The position numbers were made by a program, and so were the translations under genes. Source: Acidimicrobiales bacterium (GTDB lineage: Bacteria; Actinomycetota; Acidimicrobiia; Acidimicrobiales; Iamiaceae). Taken from it: 32,000 nt of DNA. Location: positions 212,502 to 244,501 of the forward strand of contig JAWKIT010000004.1 in NCBI GenBank assembly GCA_041394165.1. Reading direction: 5' to 3'. Under the pieces are notes generated by a model that made no database searches, was not told where the DNA came from, and was given only the letters and a program-made list of their open reading frames with translations. Of this stretch, positions 7,887 to 16,217 are shown piece by piece. Every line of letters starts with the position of its first letter. Positions within the stretch are counted from its first letter, which is position 1.

Positions 7887-9107
7887 GTGCCCGAGCGCCT
7901 CGCGCCCGGCGACCTCGACCGGATCTTCCGGCAGGAGTCGGGCCGCTGCCTCGCCACCCTGGTGCGCGTCCTCGGGAGCATCGAGCTCGCCGAGGACGCG
8001 CTCCAGGAGGCGGTCGTGGTCGCCCTCGCCACCTGGCCCGAGCGGGGCACGCCGCCGAACCCGGGTGCGTGGCTCACCACGACCGCCCGGAACCGGGCGA
8101 TCGACCGCATCCGACGCGAGTCCACCCGAGGCGAGCGCGAGGCCGAGGCCACGACGATGCTCGACCACGACGAGCCCCACGAGGTCTGGCCGGTCGCCGA
8201 CGACCAGCTCCGCCTCGTCTTCACCTGCTGCCACCCGGCCCTCGCCCCCGAGGCCCGGGTGGCCCTCACCCTCCGGCTGATCGCCGGGCTGCAGACCCCC
8301 GAGATCGCCGCCAGCTTCCTGGTGCCGGAGGCCACCATGGCCCAGCGCCTGGTCCGAGCCAAGAAGAAGATCCGCACCGCCAACATCCCCTACCGGGTGC
8401 CCGGGAGCGCGGAGCTGCCCGACCGCCTCCGGTCGGTGCTCGCGGTGATCTACCTCGTCTTCAACGAGGGCCACCGGGCCACGTCGGGCGAGGAGCTCGT
8501 GCGAGCCGACCTCTGCGACGAGGCCCTCCGGCTGGCGCGCCTGCTGGTGGACCTCATGCCCGACGAGCCCGAAGCCCTCGGCCTCCTGGCGCTGCTGCTG
8601 CTCACCGACGCCCGCCGCCGCACCCGCACCGACGCGGCGGGCGACCTCGTGCTCCTGGCCGACCAGGATCGCACCCGGTGGGACCGGGCCCAGATCGACG
8701 AGGGCCACGAGCTCGTCCGACGCTGCCTGCGGCGCGACCAGCCCGGTCCGTACCAGCTGCAGGCGGCCATCGCCGCCGTGCACGCCGACGCGGCGCGCGC
8801 CGAGGACACGGACTGGCCCCAGATCGTCGCACTGTACGACCACCTGCTGCGCCTGGCCCCCACGCCCGTGGTGCGCCTCAACCGGGCGGTGGCCGTCGCC
8901 GAGGTGGCGGGCCCCGACGCCGGGCTGGAGGCCCTCGACGGGGTGGACCTGGCGGGCTACGCGCCGTTCCACGCGACGCGGGCCGACCTGCTGCGCCGGG
9001 CCGGGCGCGCGGCGGAGGCCGTCGCGGCCTACGACGCCGCCATCGCGGCCGCCACGGCGCCCGCCGAGGTGCGGTTCCTCAGGGCGCGCCGGGCGTCGAT
9101 CGCCTGA
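7887..9107 (+). CDS. ECF42-type RNA polymerase sigma factor with C-terminal TPR-like extension
   Basis: ORF 7887..9107 with a GTG start.
- Sigma2-like region: [45 protein letters not shown]
- Sigma4-like region: [39 protein letters not shown]
- Then about 230 aa of helical extension.
It lies immediately downstream of a DGPF gene, the known ECF42 context. Confidence 0.85.
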   Translation: MPERLAPGDLDRIFRQESGRCLATLVRVLGSIELAEDALQEAVVVALATWPERGTPPNPGAWLTTTARNRAIDRIRRESTRGEREAEATTMLDHDEPHEVWPVADDQLRLVFTCCHPALAPEARVALTLRLIAGLQTPEIAASFLVPEATMAQRLVRAKKKIRTANIPYRVPGSAELPDRLRSVLAVIYLVFNEGHRATSGEELVRADLCDEALRLARLLVDLMPDEPEALGLLALLLLTDARRRTRTDAAGDLVLLADQDRTRWDRAQIDEGHELVRRCLRRDQPGPYQLQAAIAAVHADAARAEDTDWPQIVALYDHLLRLAPTPVVRLNRAVAVAEVAGPDAGLEALDGVDLAGYAPFHATRADLLRRAGRAAEAVAAYDAAIAAATAPAEVRFLRARRASIA

Positions 9108-10801
9108 CCGGCTCGAAGCCGTTGCACGCCAGCATCGCCTGGAGGTTGCGGGCGCTCTCGAGGTTGCTCGCCCGCCCCTCCGGCGTCAGCTCGCCCCACG
9201 GCCGCACGAAGGGGTTCTCCTTCTTGGCCTCGACCTTGTCGGGCCCGTAGGTCCACCCCTGCGCCTCGCGCATCGCCCGCCAGCGCTCGTGCTCCGCCTC
9301 GGCGAGGGCGTCGATGTCGACCGACGTCAGCTCGGTCTGCGGGGCGCCCCACCGCTGGAGCGGCACCAGGTCGCACCCGATGGCGTCGAGCTGGGCGATG
9401 ATCCCGTCGACCCGGGCCCGGCTGTCCTCGCGCTCCTCGTCGCTCAGCTCGATCCACGGCCGAGCCAAGCTCGACGGCGGGGCGTCGGGAGCCCGCTGGG
9501 CGAGGTAGTCCTCGTGCACCGCCTCCGCCAGCTGCTCCCGCACGCCGCCCTCGATGGTGGCGGGCGTGCAGGACCGCTCCAGGAACGGGAACCGGACGAT
9601 CCCGGGGAACGCCCCGCCCGCCCCGTCGTCGAGCAGGGCGCCGAGCCCACCCGAGGTCCGCGTGCGCACCACGATCGGCACCTCCTCGGGGAGGCGCTGG
9701 TGCAGGAACATGGCGTGGGCGATCGCCCTCGGCTCCTCCGCGAACACCGCCGCCACCCGCCGGCGGGTCCTCGGCGAGCAGGGCGGTGAAGCCCTGCACC
9801 TCCTCAGGATCAGGCGCGTCGAGGTCGAGGTCGACGAGGGTCGGCTCGCACACCTCGCCGAGCGCCGGGTGCTGGAGGCGCAGCGCCTCCCAGCGGCCCC
9901 GCGCCGCCCGGTCGACGACGGTGGGATAGAGCTTGGTGCCGGGGTGCAGGTCGGCCCACTGCTGGCAGAGGGCCAGCAGCAGGCTGCGCCCGAACCGCCC
10001 CATGCTCATCACCATCAGGTGGGGCGGCTGGTCGCCGGAGAGGTCGGGGCCGTGCGCCGACAGGAGGGCCCGGGCGCCACGCTCGTGCAAGCTGAACCAG
10101 CTGGTGCGCACGGCGCTCGACGCGTCGAGGTCGGTGGCCCGCAGGAGCACGGCGAGCTCGGCGTCGGTGAGCTGCACCGCGCAGCGCACGGGCGCGGCTC
10201 GCTTCGAGGTCGAGGCGGCAGCCGCGATCGCCTGGACGATCTCGACGTTGGCGGCGTCGTCGCCGCTGACGACGACGATCCGCGAGGCCCCGGCGAGGCC
10301 GGCCTCGTGGAGGGCCGCGGGATCGGCGGCGCTGGCCTCCACGATGTGGTCGAGGCGGTCCGAGAGCCCGGCGGCCGACGCGACGGGCGCCGACGGCTCG
10401 ATGGCGACCACCCGTTCGCCCGCCTCGAGGTAGGCGCTGGCGACGCGGGTGCCGGTCTCGCCGAGGCCGCACACGATCGTGTGGCCCGACGAGCGGGCGG
10501 AGCGGAGCCGGTCGAGCTCGCGGCGGAACACCACGGTGGCGCTCTGCAGCACGGTGGAGGCGGCCAGGATCGGGACCACGAAGCGGGCGAGCTGCAGCTG
10601 CCAGTTCATGGGCCCCGAGCTGCCGCTGTAGTCGAGCGTGGCCAGCTGGAGGGTCAGGTAGAGGTTGTCGAGGAACGTGCGCTCGATGTCGTCGGCCGAG
10701 CCCTGCTTCACGAAGCCGGTGATGCCGATGACCAGGATCACCAGCCACAGGACCGCGAGGGCCCACCAGCGGAAGCGGGCGCTGCGCAGCCACCGCTTCA
10801 C
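9079..10801 (-). pseudogene. K-channel-like 2TM / TrkA-N (RCK) / second Rossmann-like / double RyR-domain protein, one frame disruption as sequenced
   Basis: - N-terminal part, in the frame of ORF 9029..10801 (GTG 10801): MKRWLRSARFRWWALAVLWLVILVIGITGFV...FLDNLYLTLQLATLDYSGSSGP...LARFVVPILAASTVL...GHTIVCGLGETGTRVASAYLEAGERVVAIE...
- C-terminal part, in the frame of ORF 9079..9756: VAAVFAEEPRAIAHAMFL...LAEAVHEDYL...PWIELSDEERE...LAEAEHERWRAMREAQGWTYGPDKVEAKKENPFVRPWGELTPEG (RyR repeats).
The frame switch is at about 9757-9770. The length 1723 nt equals 3n+1. Confidence 0.8.
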
Positions 10802-11277
10802 GGCGCGCGCTCCACGTCGACCACCTCGACGGGCCGACCGCGCCGCCGGGCCTCGGCCACCAGGTCCGCGGTGCCGCCCCGCCCCCGACCGGGCCCGCCG
10901 TCCCAGAGCGCGACGAGCACGTCGGCGCCCTCGAGCACGGCCAGCCCGGCGCGCTCGTAGGCCGCCTCGCGGGAGCCGTCGTCGTCGGGGGGTGGAGCGA
11001 TCACCCTCACCTCGTCGGCCGCGTCGAGCAGTTCGTTGAACTCCTCGACCGAGGCCCCGTCGCCGAAGTCGGCGGCGTACTCGGCGGGCTCGAGCGGGAG
11101 CAGGGCGACCAACCGGCCGGCCGGCCGGTCGAGCACGGCCCGGGCCACCAGCCGGTCGGCCCCCTCGGCCAGGCTCGACACGGCGGTGAGGGGCGGGTCG
11201 AGGCGATCGAGCACCGCGTCGACCGACGCGCGCACGCCGGCGGGGTCGGCCAGCGACCGGTGCCCCGTGACCCCCAC
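10798..11277 (-). CDS. small SLOG / LOG-DprA-like (or N-deoxyribosyltransferase-like) Rossmann-fold protein
   Basis: Tail of ORF 10798..12549(-): VGVTGHRSLADPAGVRASVDAVLDRLDPPLTAVSSLAEGADRLVARAVLDRPAGRLVALLPLEPAEYAADF...AYERAGLAVLEGADVLVALWDGGPGRGRGGTADLVAEARRRGRPVEVV. The order b-strand/GxR, AEGAD, LP...Y, then D-hhhAhhDG...GGT...A...G.PV mirrors LOG/DprA/TIGR00725-type proteins. The start is ambiguous: GTG 11277 is chosen, and in-frame GTG 11310 is the alternative. The stop TGA overlaps the GTG of the channel gene (GTGA at 10798-10801). Confidence 0.6.
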   Translation of the reverse strand: MGVTGHRSLADPAGVRASVDAVLDRLDPPLTAVSSLAEGADRLVARAVLDRPAGRLVALLPLEPAEYAADFGDGASVEEFNELLDAADEVRVIAPPPDDDGSREAAYERAGLAVLEGADVLVALWDGGPGRGRGGTADLVAEARRRGRPVEVVDVERAP

Positions 11278-11290
11278 CCGAGAACGGCGA

Positions 11291-11319
11291 CTGCCGCCCG
11301 CGTCTCCCACGGGCGGCAG
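11291..11319 (-). terminator. GC-rich hairpin downstream of the ADH gene (possible terminator or attenuator)
   Basis: CTGCCGCCCG-9 nt-CGGGCGGCAG is a perfect 10-bp stem, 45 nt after the ADH stop (11364). On the minus strand it is followed only by a weak T-containing tract (tcgccgttct). Confidence 0.35.
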
Positions 11320-11363
11320 TCTGCCAGGGCTGGTGGCGGCCGGCTCGGGGCCGGCGCGATCGG

Positions 11364-12443
11364 TCAGAAGGTGATGACCGTGCGGATGACCTCGCCGCGC
11401 TTCATGGCGTCGAAGGCATCGTTGATCTCGTCGATCTTCATGCGCTTGGAGATCATGCCCTCGAGGTCGAGCTGGCCGGCCTTCCAGAGCGCCAGCAGGC
11501 GGTGGAAGTCCGAGCGGACGTCGACCGAGCCGTAGTAGCTGCCCATGAACGTCTTCTCGGAGAAGAAGATCTCGAACCCGTTGAACGAGACCTCCTGGTC
11601 CATCTTGCCGACGCCGATGATGACCGCGGTGCCGCCGCGGCGGATGGCGTCGTAGGCGGCTCGCATGGTCACGGGGAGCCCGATCGCCTCGAACGCGTAG
11701 TCGAAGCCGTCGCCGGTGAGCTCGGCCTGGAGGGCGGGCAGGTCGTCGGGGGTGCAGGCGTGGGTGGCGCCGAACTGCTTGGCGAGCTCGTGCTTGCCCT
11801 CGTTCAGGTCGACGGCGACGATCACGGCCGCGCCGGCCACGCGGGCACCCTGGATCGCCGCGACGCCCACGCCGCCCGCACCGAACACGACCACCTTGGA
11901 GCCGGGCTCGACCTTGGCCGTGTTGATCACCGCGCCGACGCCGGTGGAGACGCCGCAGCCGATGAGCGACGCGATCTCGAAGGGCACGTCGTCGTCGATC
12001 TTGATGGCTGCCTCCTGGGGCAGCGTCAGGTACTCGGCGAAGGTGCCGGTGCCGGCCATGCCGAAGACCGGCTCGCCGTTGCGGGTGAAGCGGGGCAGCC
12101 CGGCGATGGCGAACTGGATCATCACGCACAGGTGCGGCTGCTTGCGCTCGATGCAGTTGTTGCACTTGCCGCACGGCGGGCTCCAGGCCACGACGACGTG
12201 GTCGCCCTCGGCGAGGCCCTCGACGCCCTCGCCCACGGCGGTGACGACGCCGGCACCCTCGTGGCCGGGCACGAACGGCGCCCCCTGGGGCAGCGAGCCC
12301 TGCATGGCGTGGAGGTCCGAGTGGCACACGCCCGTGGCCTCGATCTTGACGGTGACCTCGCCCGGGCCGGGCGGGGCGATCTCGATGTCGTCGACGACCT
12401 CGAGCTTCTCGTCGCCGGTCTGGTGCAGCAGCGCAGCGCGCAT
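11364..12443 (-). CDS. zinc-dependent alcohol dehydrogenase (MDR family)
   Basis: ORF 11364..12443(-), 359 aa. It carries GVCHSDLH and PGHEGAGVV zinc-site motifs, the structural-Zn segment CGKCNNCIERKQPHLC, and NAD motif VVFGAGGVGVAAIQ. GAGGAG lies 6 nt upstream of the ATG. Confidence 0.9.
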   Translation of the reverse strand: MRAALLHQTGDEKLEVVDDIEIAPPGPGEVTVKIEATGVCHSDLHAMQGSLPQGAPFVPGHEGAGVVTAVGEGVEGLAEGDHVVVAWSPPCGKCNNCIERKQPHLCVMIQFAIAGLPRFTRNGEPVFGMAGTGTFAEYLTLPQEAAIKIDDDVPFEIASLIGCGVSTGVGAVINTAKVEPGSKVVVFGAGGVGVAAIQGARVAGAAVIVAVDLNEGKHELAKQFGATHACTPDDLPALQAELTGDGFDYAFEAIGLPVTMRAAYDAIRRGGTAVIIGVGKMDQEVSFNGFEIFFSEKTFMGSYYGSVDVRSDFHRLLALWKAGQLDLEGMISKRMKIDEINDAFDAMKRGEVIRTVITF

Positions 12444-12486
12444 GTGGACTCCTCGTGTTCCCCTGGGGTGTGCGGGGCGACCCTAG

Positions 12487-12500
12487 TAGAACGCGTTCTC
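12487..12500. promoter_or_regulatory. KstR-type operator (TAGAACGCGTTCTC)
   Basis: Core AAC-nn-GTT palindrome with the same flanks (GTTCTCGTT) as the sites at 20247, 21983 and 25463. The last base is C instead of A. It sits in the ADH / acyl-CoA synthetase divergent region. Confidence 0.65.
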
Positions 12501-12541
12501 GTTCCGGCACCCGGCCGCGACGGGCCGCGGCCGTCGAAAAA

Positions 12542-12555
12542 TGAAACACGTTCCA
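12542..12555. promoter_or_regulatory. KstR-type operator (TGAAACACGTTCCA)
   Basis: Fits TnnAACnnGTTnnA. It lies 9 nt upstream of a TATCCT -10-like hexamer (12565-12570), which is 8 nt before ATG 12579. Confidence 0.7.
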
Positions 12556-12578
12556 GTTTTCGCCTATCCTCCCCCGCC

Positions 12579-14126
12579 ATGGCTGATCTCGGATTCTGGC
12601 GACTCGCAGAGGCGGACCCGGCGCACCTCGCGCTCGTGGGCCCCGACGGCACGGAGCGGACCGCGGGCGAGCTGCTCGCCGCCGCGAACCGCGCCGCCCA
12701 CGGCTTCCGCGCCCTCGGGCTCGAGGCGGGCGACACCGTCGCCGTGCTGCTGCCCAACTCGGTCGAGCTGATCGAGCTCTACCTGGGCGCCCTCCAGGTG
12801 GGGCTGTACTTCACCCCCATCAACTGGCACCTCGTCGGTCCCGAGGTGGCGTACATCCTGGGCGACAGCGACGCCAAGGCGTTCGTGGCCAGCGAGCGCT
12901 TCGCCGAGGTGGCGACCAGCGCCGCGGCCGAGGCCGGGTTCCCCGCGGCGGCGTCGTTCGCCGTCGGGACCGTCGACGGGTTCCGACCCCTCGCCGAGCT
13001 GACCGACGGCCAGCCCGACACCGCGCCCGAGGGCCGCCGCACCGGCGCCGCCATGCACTACACGTCGGGCACCACCGGCCGCCCGAAGGGCGTGAAGCGC
13101 GGCCTGATCGAGATCGACCCGAGCGACATGGGCGAGCTGCTCGCCTACCTGCCGAACCTGTTCGGCATCGGCCCGCACGACGGCCACGTCCACCTCACCG
13201 TCTCGCCGCTGTACCACACGGCCGTGCTGATGTGGACGGGCAACGCCCTCCACCTCGGCCACACCGTGGTGCTGATGGACAAGTGGCTCCCCGAGGAGAC
13301 GCTGCGCCTCATCGACCGCTACCAGGTCACCTACTCGCACATGGTGCCGACGCAGTTCGTCCGCCTGCTCGACCTGCCCGAGGCGACCCGGGCCCGGGAC
13401 TCGGTCGCCTCCCTGCGCAACATGGTCCACGGCGCCGCCCCCTGCCCGCAGGAGGTCAAGCGCAAGATGATCGAGTGGTGGGGCGACACCATCCAGGAGT
13501 ACTACGCGGCCACCGAGGGCGGCGGCACGGTGATCACGGCCAAGGAGTGGATGGAGCGCCCCGGGTCGGTGGGCACCGCCTGGCCCGGCTCGGAGATCCG
13601 CATCTACGACGACGAGGGCAACCAGCTGCCCCCCGGCAAGATCGGCACGGTCTACATGCAGCTCATGGCCGACTTCGAGTACAAGGGCGACTCGGCCAAG
13701 ACCAAGGCGAACCGCATCGAGAACTTCTTCACGGTGGGCGACCTCGGCGAGATGGACGAGGACGGGTTCCTCTACCTCCGCGACCGCAAGGCCGACATGA
13801 TCATCTCGGGCGGCGCCAACATCTACCCGGCCGAGATCGAGGGCGAGCTCATCAACCACCCGGCGGTGCAGGACGTCGCCGTCTTCGGCATCCCCAACGC
13901 GGACTGGGGCGAGGAGATCAAGGCCGTGGTCGAGCTCCACGACGGCTTCGAGGCCGGCGACGAGCTCACCGACGAGATCATCGCCTGGGCCGGCACGCGC
14001 ATGGGCAAGTTCAAGCTGCCCCGATCGATCGACTACGTCGACGCGCTCCCCCGCGAGCCCAACGGCAAGCTGATCAAGCGCAAGCTGCGCGACCCCTACT
14101 GGGAGGGCGTCGACCGCCAGATCTGA
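12579..14126 (+). CDS. AMP-forming acyl-CoA synthetase (FadD family)
   Basis: In the frame of ORF 11502..14126, from ATG 12579 (MADLGFWRLAEADPAHLALVG...). It has AMP-binding motif MHYTSGTTGRPKGV, then YYAATEGGG, GDLGEMDEDGFLYLRDRKADMIISGGANIYP, and C-terminal PREPNGKLIKRKLR. Confidence 0.9.
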   Translation: MADLGFWRLAEADPAHLALVGPDGTERTAGELLAAANRAAHGFRALGLEAGDTVAVLLPNSVELIELYLGALQVGLYFTPINWHLVGPEVAYILGDSDAKAFVASERFAEVATSAAAEAGFPAAASFAVGTVDGFRPLAELTDGQPDTAPEGRRTGAAMHYTSGTTGRPKGVKRGLIEIDPSDMGELLAYLPNLFGIGPHDGHVHLTVSPLYHTAVLMWTGNALHLGHTVVLMDKWLPEETLRLIDRYQVTYSHMVPTQFVRLLDLPEATRARDSVASLRNMVHGAAPCPQEVKRKMIEWWGDTIQEYYAATEGGGTVITAKEWMERPGSVGTAWPGSEIRIYDDEGNQLPPGKIGTVYMQLMADFEYKGDSAKTKANRIENFFTVGDLGEMDEDGFLYLRDRKADMIISGGANIYPAEIEGELINHPAVQDVAVFGIPNADWGEEIKAVVELHDGFEAGDELTDEIIAWAGTRMGKFKLPRSIDYVDALPREPNGKLIKRKLRDPYWEGVDRQI

Positions 14127-14132
14127 GCTCGC

Positions 14133-14843
14133 TCAGCTCGCCGCGACCTCGAACTCGCCGGCCATGCCGAGGGCATCGTGCTGCTCGCCCGACGCCTCGT
14201 CCACGAGGATGCACCGGTAGCGGTAGGTGCCCGCCTCGGCGAAGGTGATCGTGGCGCCGCCCGTCTCGCCCGGCGCGACGGCGGCGACCTCGCCCACCGC
14301 ATCGCCCGCGGGGTCGAGGACCTCGAACTCGTGGGGCTGGTCGGCCGTGTTCGCCATCTCGAAGCGGATGGTGTCGCCCGTCGCGATCCCGTCGAGATCG
14401 AGGTCGCGGTAGTCGAAGTCGACGGCGTCGAAGCGGATCGTGCGATCGGGAGCGGCCTGCTCGGTGCCGCCCTCGCCGCTCACGGTGAACGCCGCGGTGA
14501 TCCCGTCGCCCTGCTGGCCGGGCTTGCAGCGGGCCCGGTACTCGCCGGCGGCGAGGTCGACGGTGAGCGTGCGCGCCGTGCCCGGGCCGACGTTCTCCAC
14601 CTCGCCCACGATGTCGTCGTTCTCGCGCAGCACGTAGAGCTCCGAGACCGTGGAGCCCTCGTTGGCGAACTCGAAGCCGATCGTCCCGGCCGGCAGGTCG
14701 GTCGACGCCAGCTCGCAGGCGTCGTCGGTGCCCGTGACCCTCGTGGTCGCGTCGGCATCGTCGGCGCCGCACCCGGCGACGAGCGCGCCGAGCGACAGGG
14801 CGACCAGCGAGACGGCGACGCGGCGGGTGCCGATCCGGGCCAT
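14133..14843 (-). CDS. lipoprotein with two cupredoxin-like domains (EfeO-Cup paralogue + blue-copper-like domain)
   Basis: ATG 14843 is preceded by GGAGG. The product starts MARIGTRRVAVSLVALSLGALVAGCG (lipobox).
- Domain 1 (DACELASTDLPAGTIGFEFANEGSTVSELYVL...EYRARCKPGQQGDGITAAFTV) parallels the EfeO N-terminus encoded at 16214..17377.
- Domain 2 has PHEFEV ... YRCIL ... HDALGM, a His/Cys/His/Met pattern. Confidence 0.8.
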   Translation of the reverse strand: MARIGTRRVAVSLVALSLGALVAGCGADDADATTRVTGTDDACELASTDLPAGTIGFEFANEGSTVSELYVLRENDDIVGEVENVGPGTARTLTVDLAAGEYRARCKPGQQGDGITAAFTVSGEGGTEQAAPDRTIRFDAVDFDYRDLDLDGIATGDTIRFEMANTADQPHEFEVLDPAGDAVGEVAAVAPGETGGATITFAEAGTYRYRCILVDEASGEQHDALGMAGEFEVAAS

Positions 14844-14931
14844 GGCGGACCTCCGAGCGGGGTGGACGGAGCGTCGATCCTCGCCCGGATCGGGCCGGCG
14901 GGGCAAGCACCGGCCCGCACCGGCCAGCCGC

Positions 14932-16217
14932 TCAGCGGAAGAGGGCCTCGCCGACGTAGCCACCGCGCGCCGGCACCCCGGGCGGGACGGCGAAGAGGCC
15001 CGAGCCGGTGTGCTGGAGGTACTCGCTCATCGCGTCGTCGCGCGCCAGGCGGGTCTGCATCGGCACGTACTGGCGCGCCGGGTCGCGGACGTAGGCGAGG
15101 AAGAACAGCCCGGCATCGAGGCGACCGAGGCCGTCGGACCCGTCGGTGAAGTTGTAGCCCCGGCGCAGCAGGGCGGCGCCCTCGTTCTGGTCGGGGTGCG
15201 CGAGGTGCACGTGGGAGGAGGTCGGGATCAGGGGCTCGCCATCGGTGCCGGTGGCGGCGAAGTCGGGGGTTGCGTGCTCGTCGCCGCCCGAGAGGGGCGC
15301 GCCGGCGCCCTTCGTCCGCCCGATCACCGCCTCCTGCTCCTGGAGCGAGGTGCGGTCCCAGGTCTCGATGTGCATGCTGATGCGTCGGGCCACCAGGTAG
15401 CTGCCGCCTGCGAGCCAGGCGGCCCGATCGTCGTCGGCCCTGTCGACCCACACGTGGCGATCGAGCATCTCCTGCTCCTCCGCCTTGAGGTTCGCGGTGC
15501 CGTCCTTGAACCCGAACAGGTTGCGCGGCGTCTGCTGCGACGTCGACGTGGACGAGGTCCGCCCGAAGCCGAGCTGGCTCCAGCGGACGCTCGCCGCGCC
15601 GAAGCCGATCCGGGCGAGGTTGCGCACCGCGTGCACGGCGACCTGCGGGTCGTCGGCGCACGCCTGGACGCAGAGGTCGCCGCCGCTTCGCGCGTCGTCG
15701 AGCTGGTCGCCCGGGAAGTGGGGCAGCTCGATCAGGCGCTCCGGGAGGCGATCGGCGAGGCCGAAGCGGTCGACGCCCTCGGCGGTCTGGAAGAGGCTGC
15801 GGCCGAGCCCGAAGGTGATCGTGAGGCGCGACGGCGGGAGGTCGAGCGCCTCGCCGGTGTCGTCGGGGGCGCCGCGTACGCCGTCGACCGCTCCCCGGGC
15901 CCGGCCGGGCGCCCCTCGGTCATCCGGGCGGCAGCATCGGTCCAGGCCCGGAGGAGGTCGACGAGCTCGTCGCGGTCGGACGTGATCACGTCGAAGGCGG
16001 CGAAGTGGAGGCGGTCCTGGGCCGGCGTGGCGATGCCCGCCTGGTGGGCACCGTGGAACGCCACCGGCTCGTCGGACGACGGAGCGGTCGAGCGATCCTC
16101 GGGCGCCGAGGCCCGACCGAGCGCCACGCCCGACGCCCCGGCCACGCCGGCGGTGACGACCCCGGCACCGGCGAGGCCGAGCAGCCGACGGCGCGACACC
16201 GCGGGCGCGCCGCTCAC
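14932..16217 (-). pseudogene. efeB: Dyp-type peroxidase EfeB (Tat-exported), one frame disruption as sequenced
   Basis: - N-terminus, in the frame of ORF 15732..17312, from GTG 16217 (GTGA overlap with the efeO stop): VSGAPAVSRRRLLGLAGAGVV... (twin-arginine signal) ...FHGAHQAGIATPAQDRLHFAAFDV...AARMTEGRPAG.
- The rest, in the frame of ORF 14932..16269: ...DDTGEALDLPPSRLTITFGLG...FGFKDGTANL (the DyP GxxDG motif)...HVHLAHP.
The frame switch is at about 15885-15912, in runs of C/G. The length is 1286 nt (3n+2). Confidence 0.85.

Noticed and set aside
9029-9078. The C-terminal extension of ORF 9029..10801 beyond the RyR-frame stop, together with its roughly 230 aa of Arg/Gly-rich tail.
   Set aside because: After about 9770, that frame loses all protein-like character. 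The neighbouring frame (9079..9756) carries canonical RyR repeats, so the tail is a frameshift read-through artefact.
3138-11363. The region holding the STAND gene, ECF42 module and SLOG/RyR pair as a horizontally acquired island or mobile element.
   Set aside because: I saw no integrase, transposase, tRNA attachment site or flanking direct repeats. By eye there is no drop in GC or change in codon style relative to the neighbouring core metabolic genes. This cannot be excluded without compositional statistics or comparative genomics.
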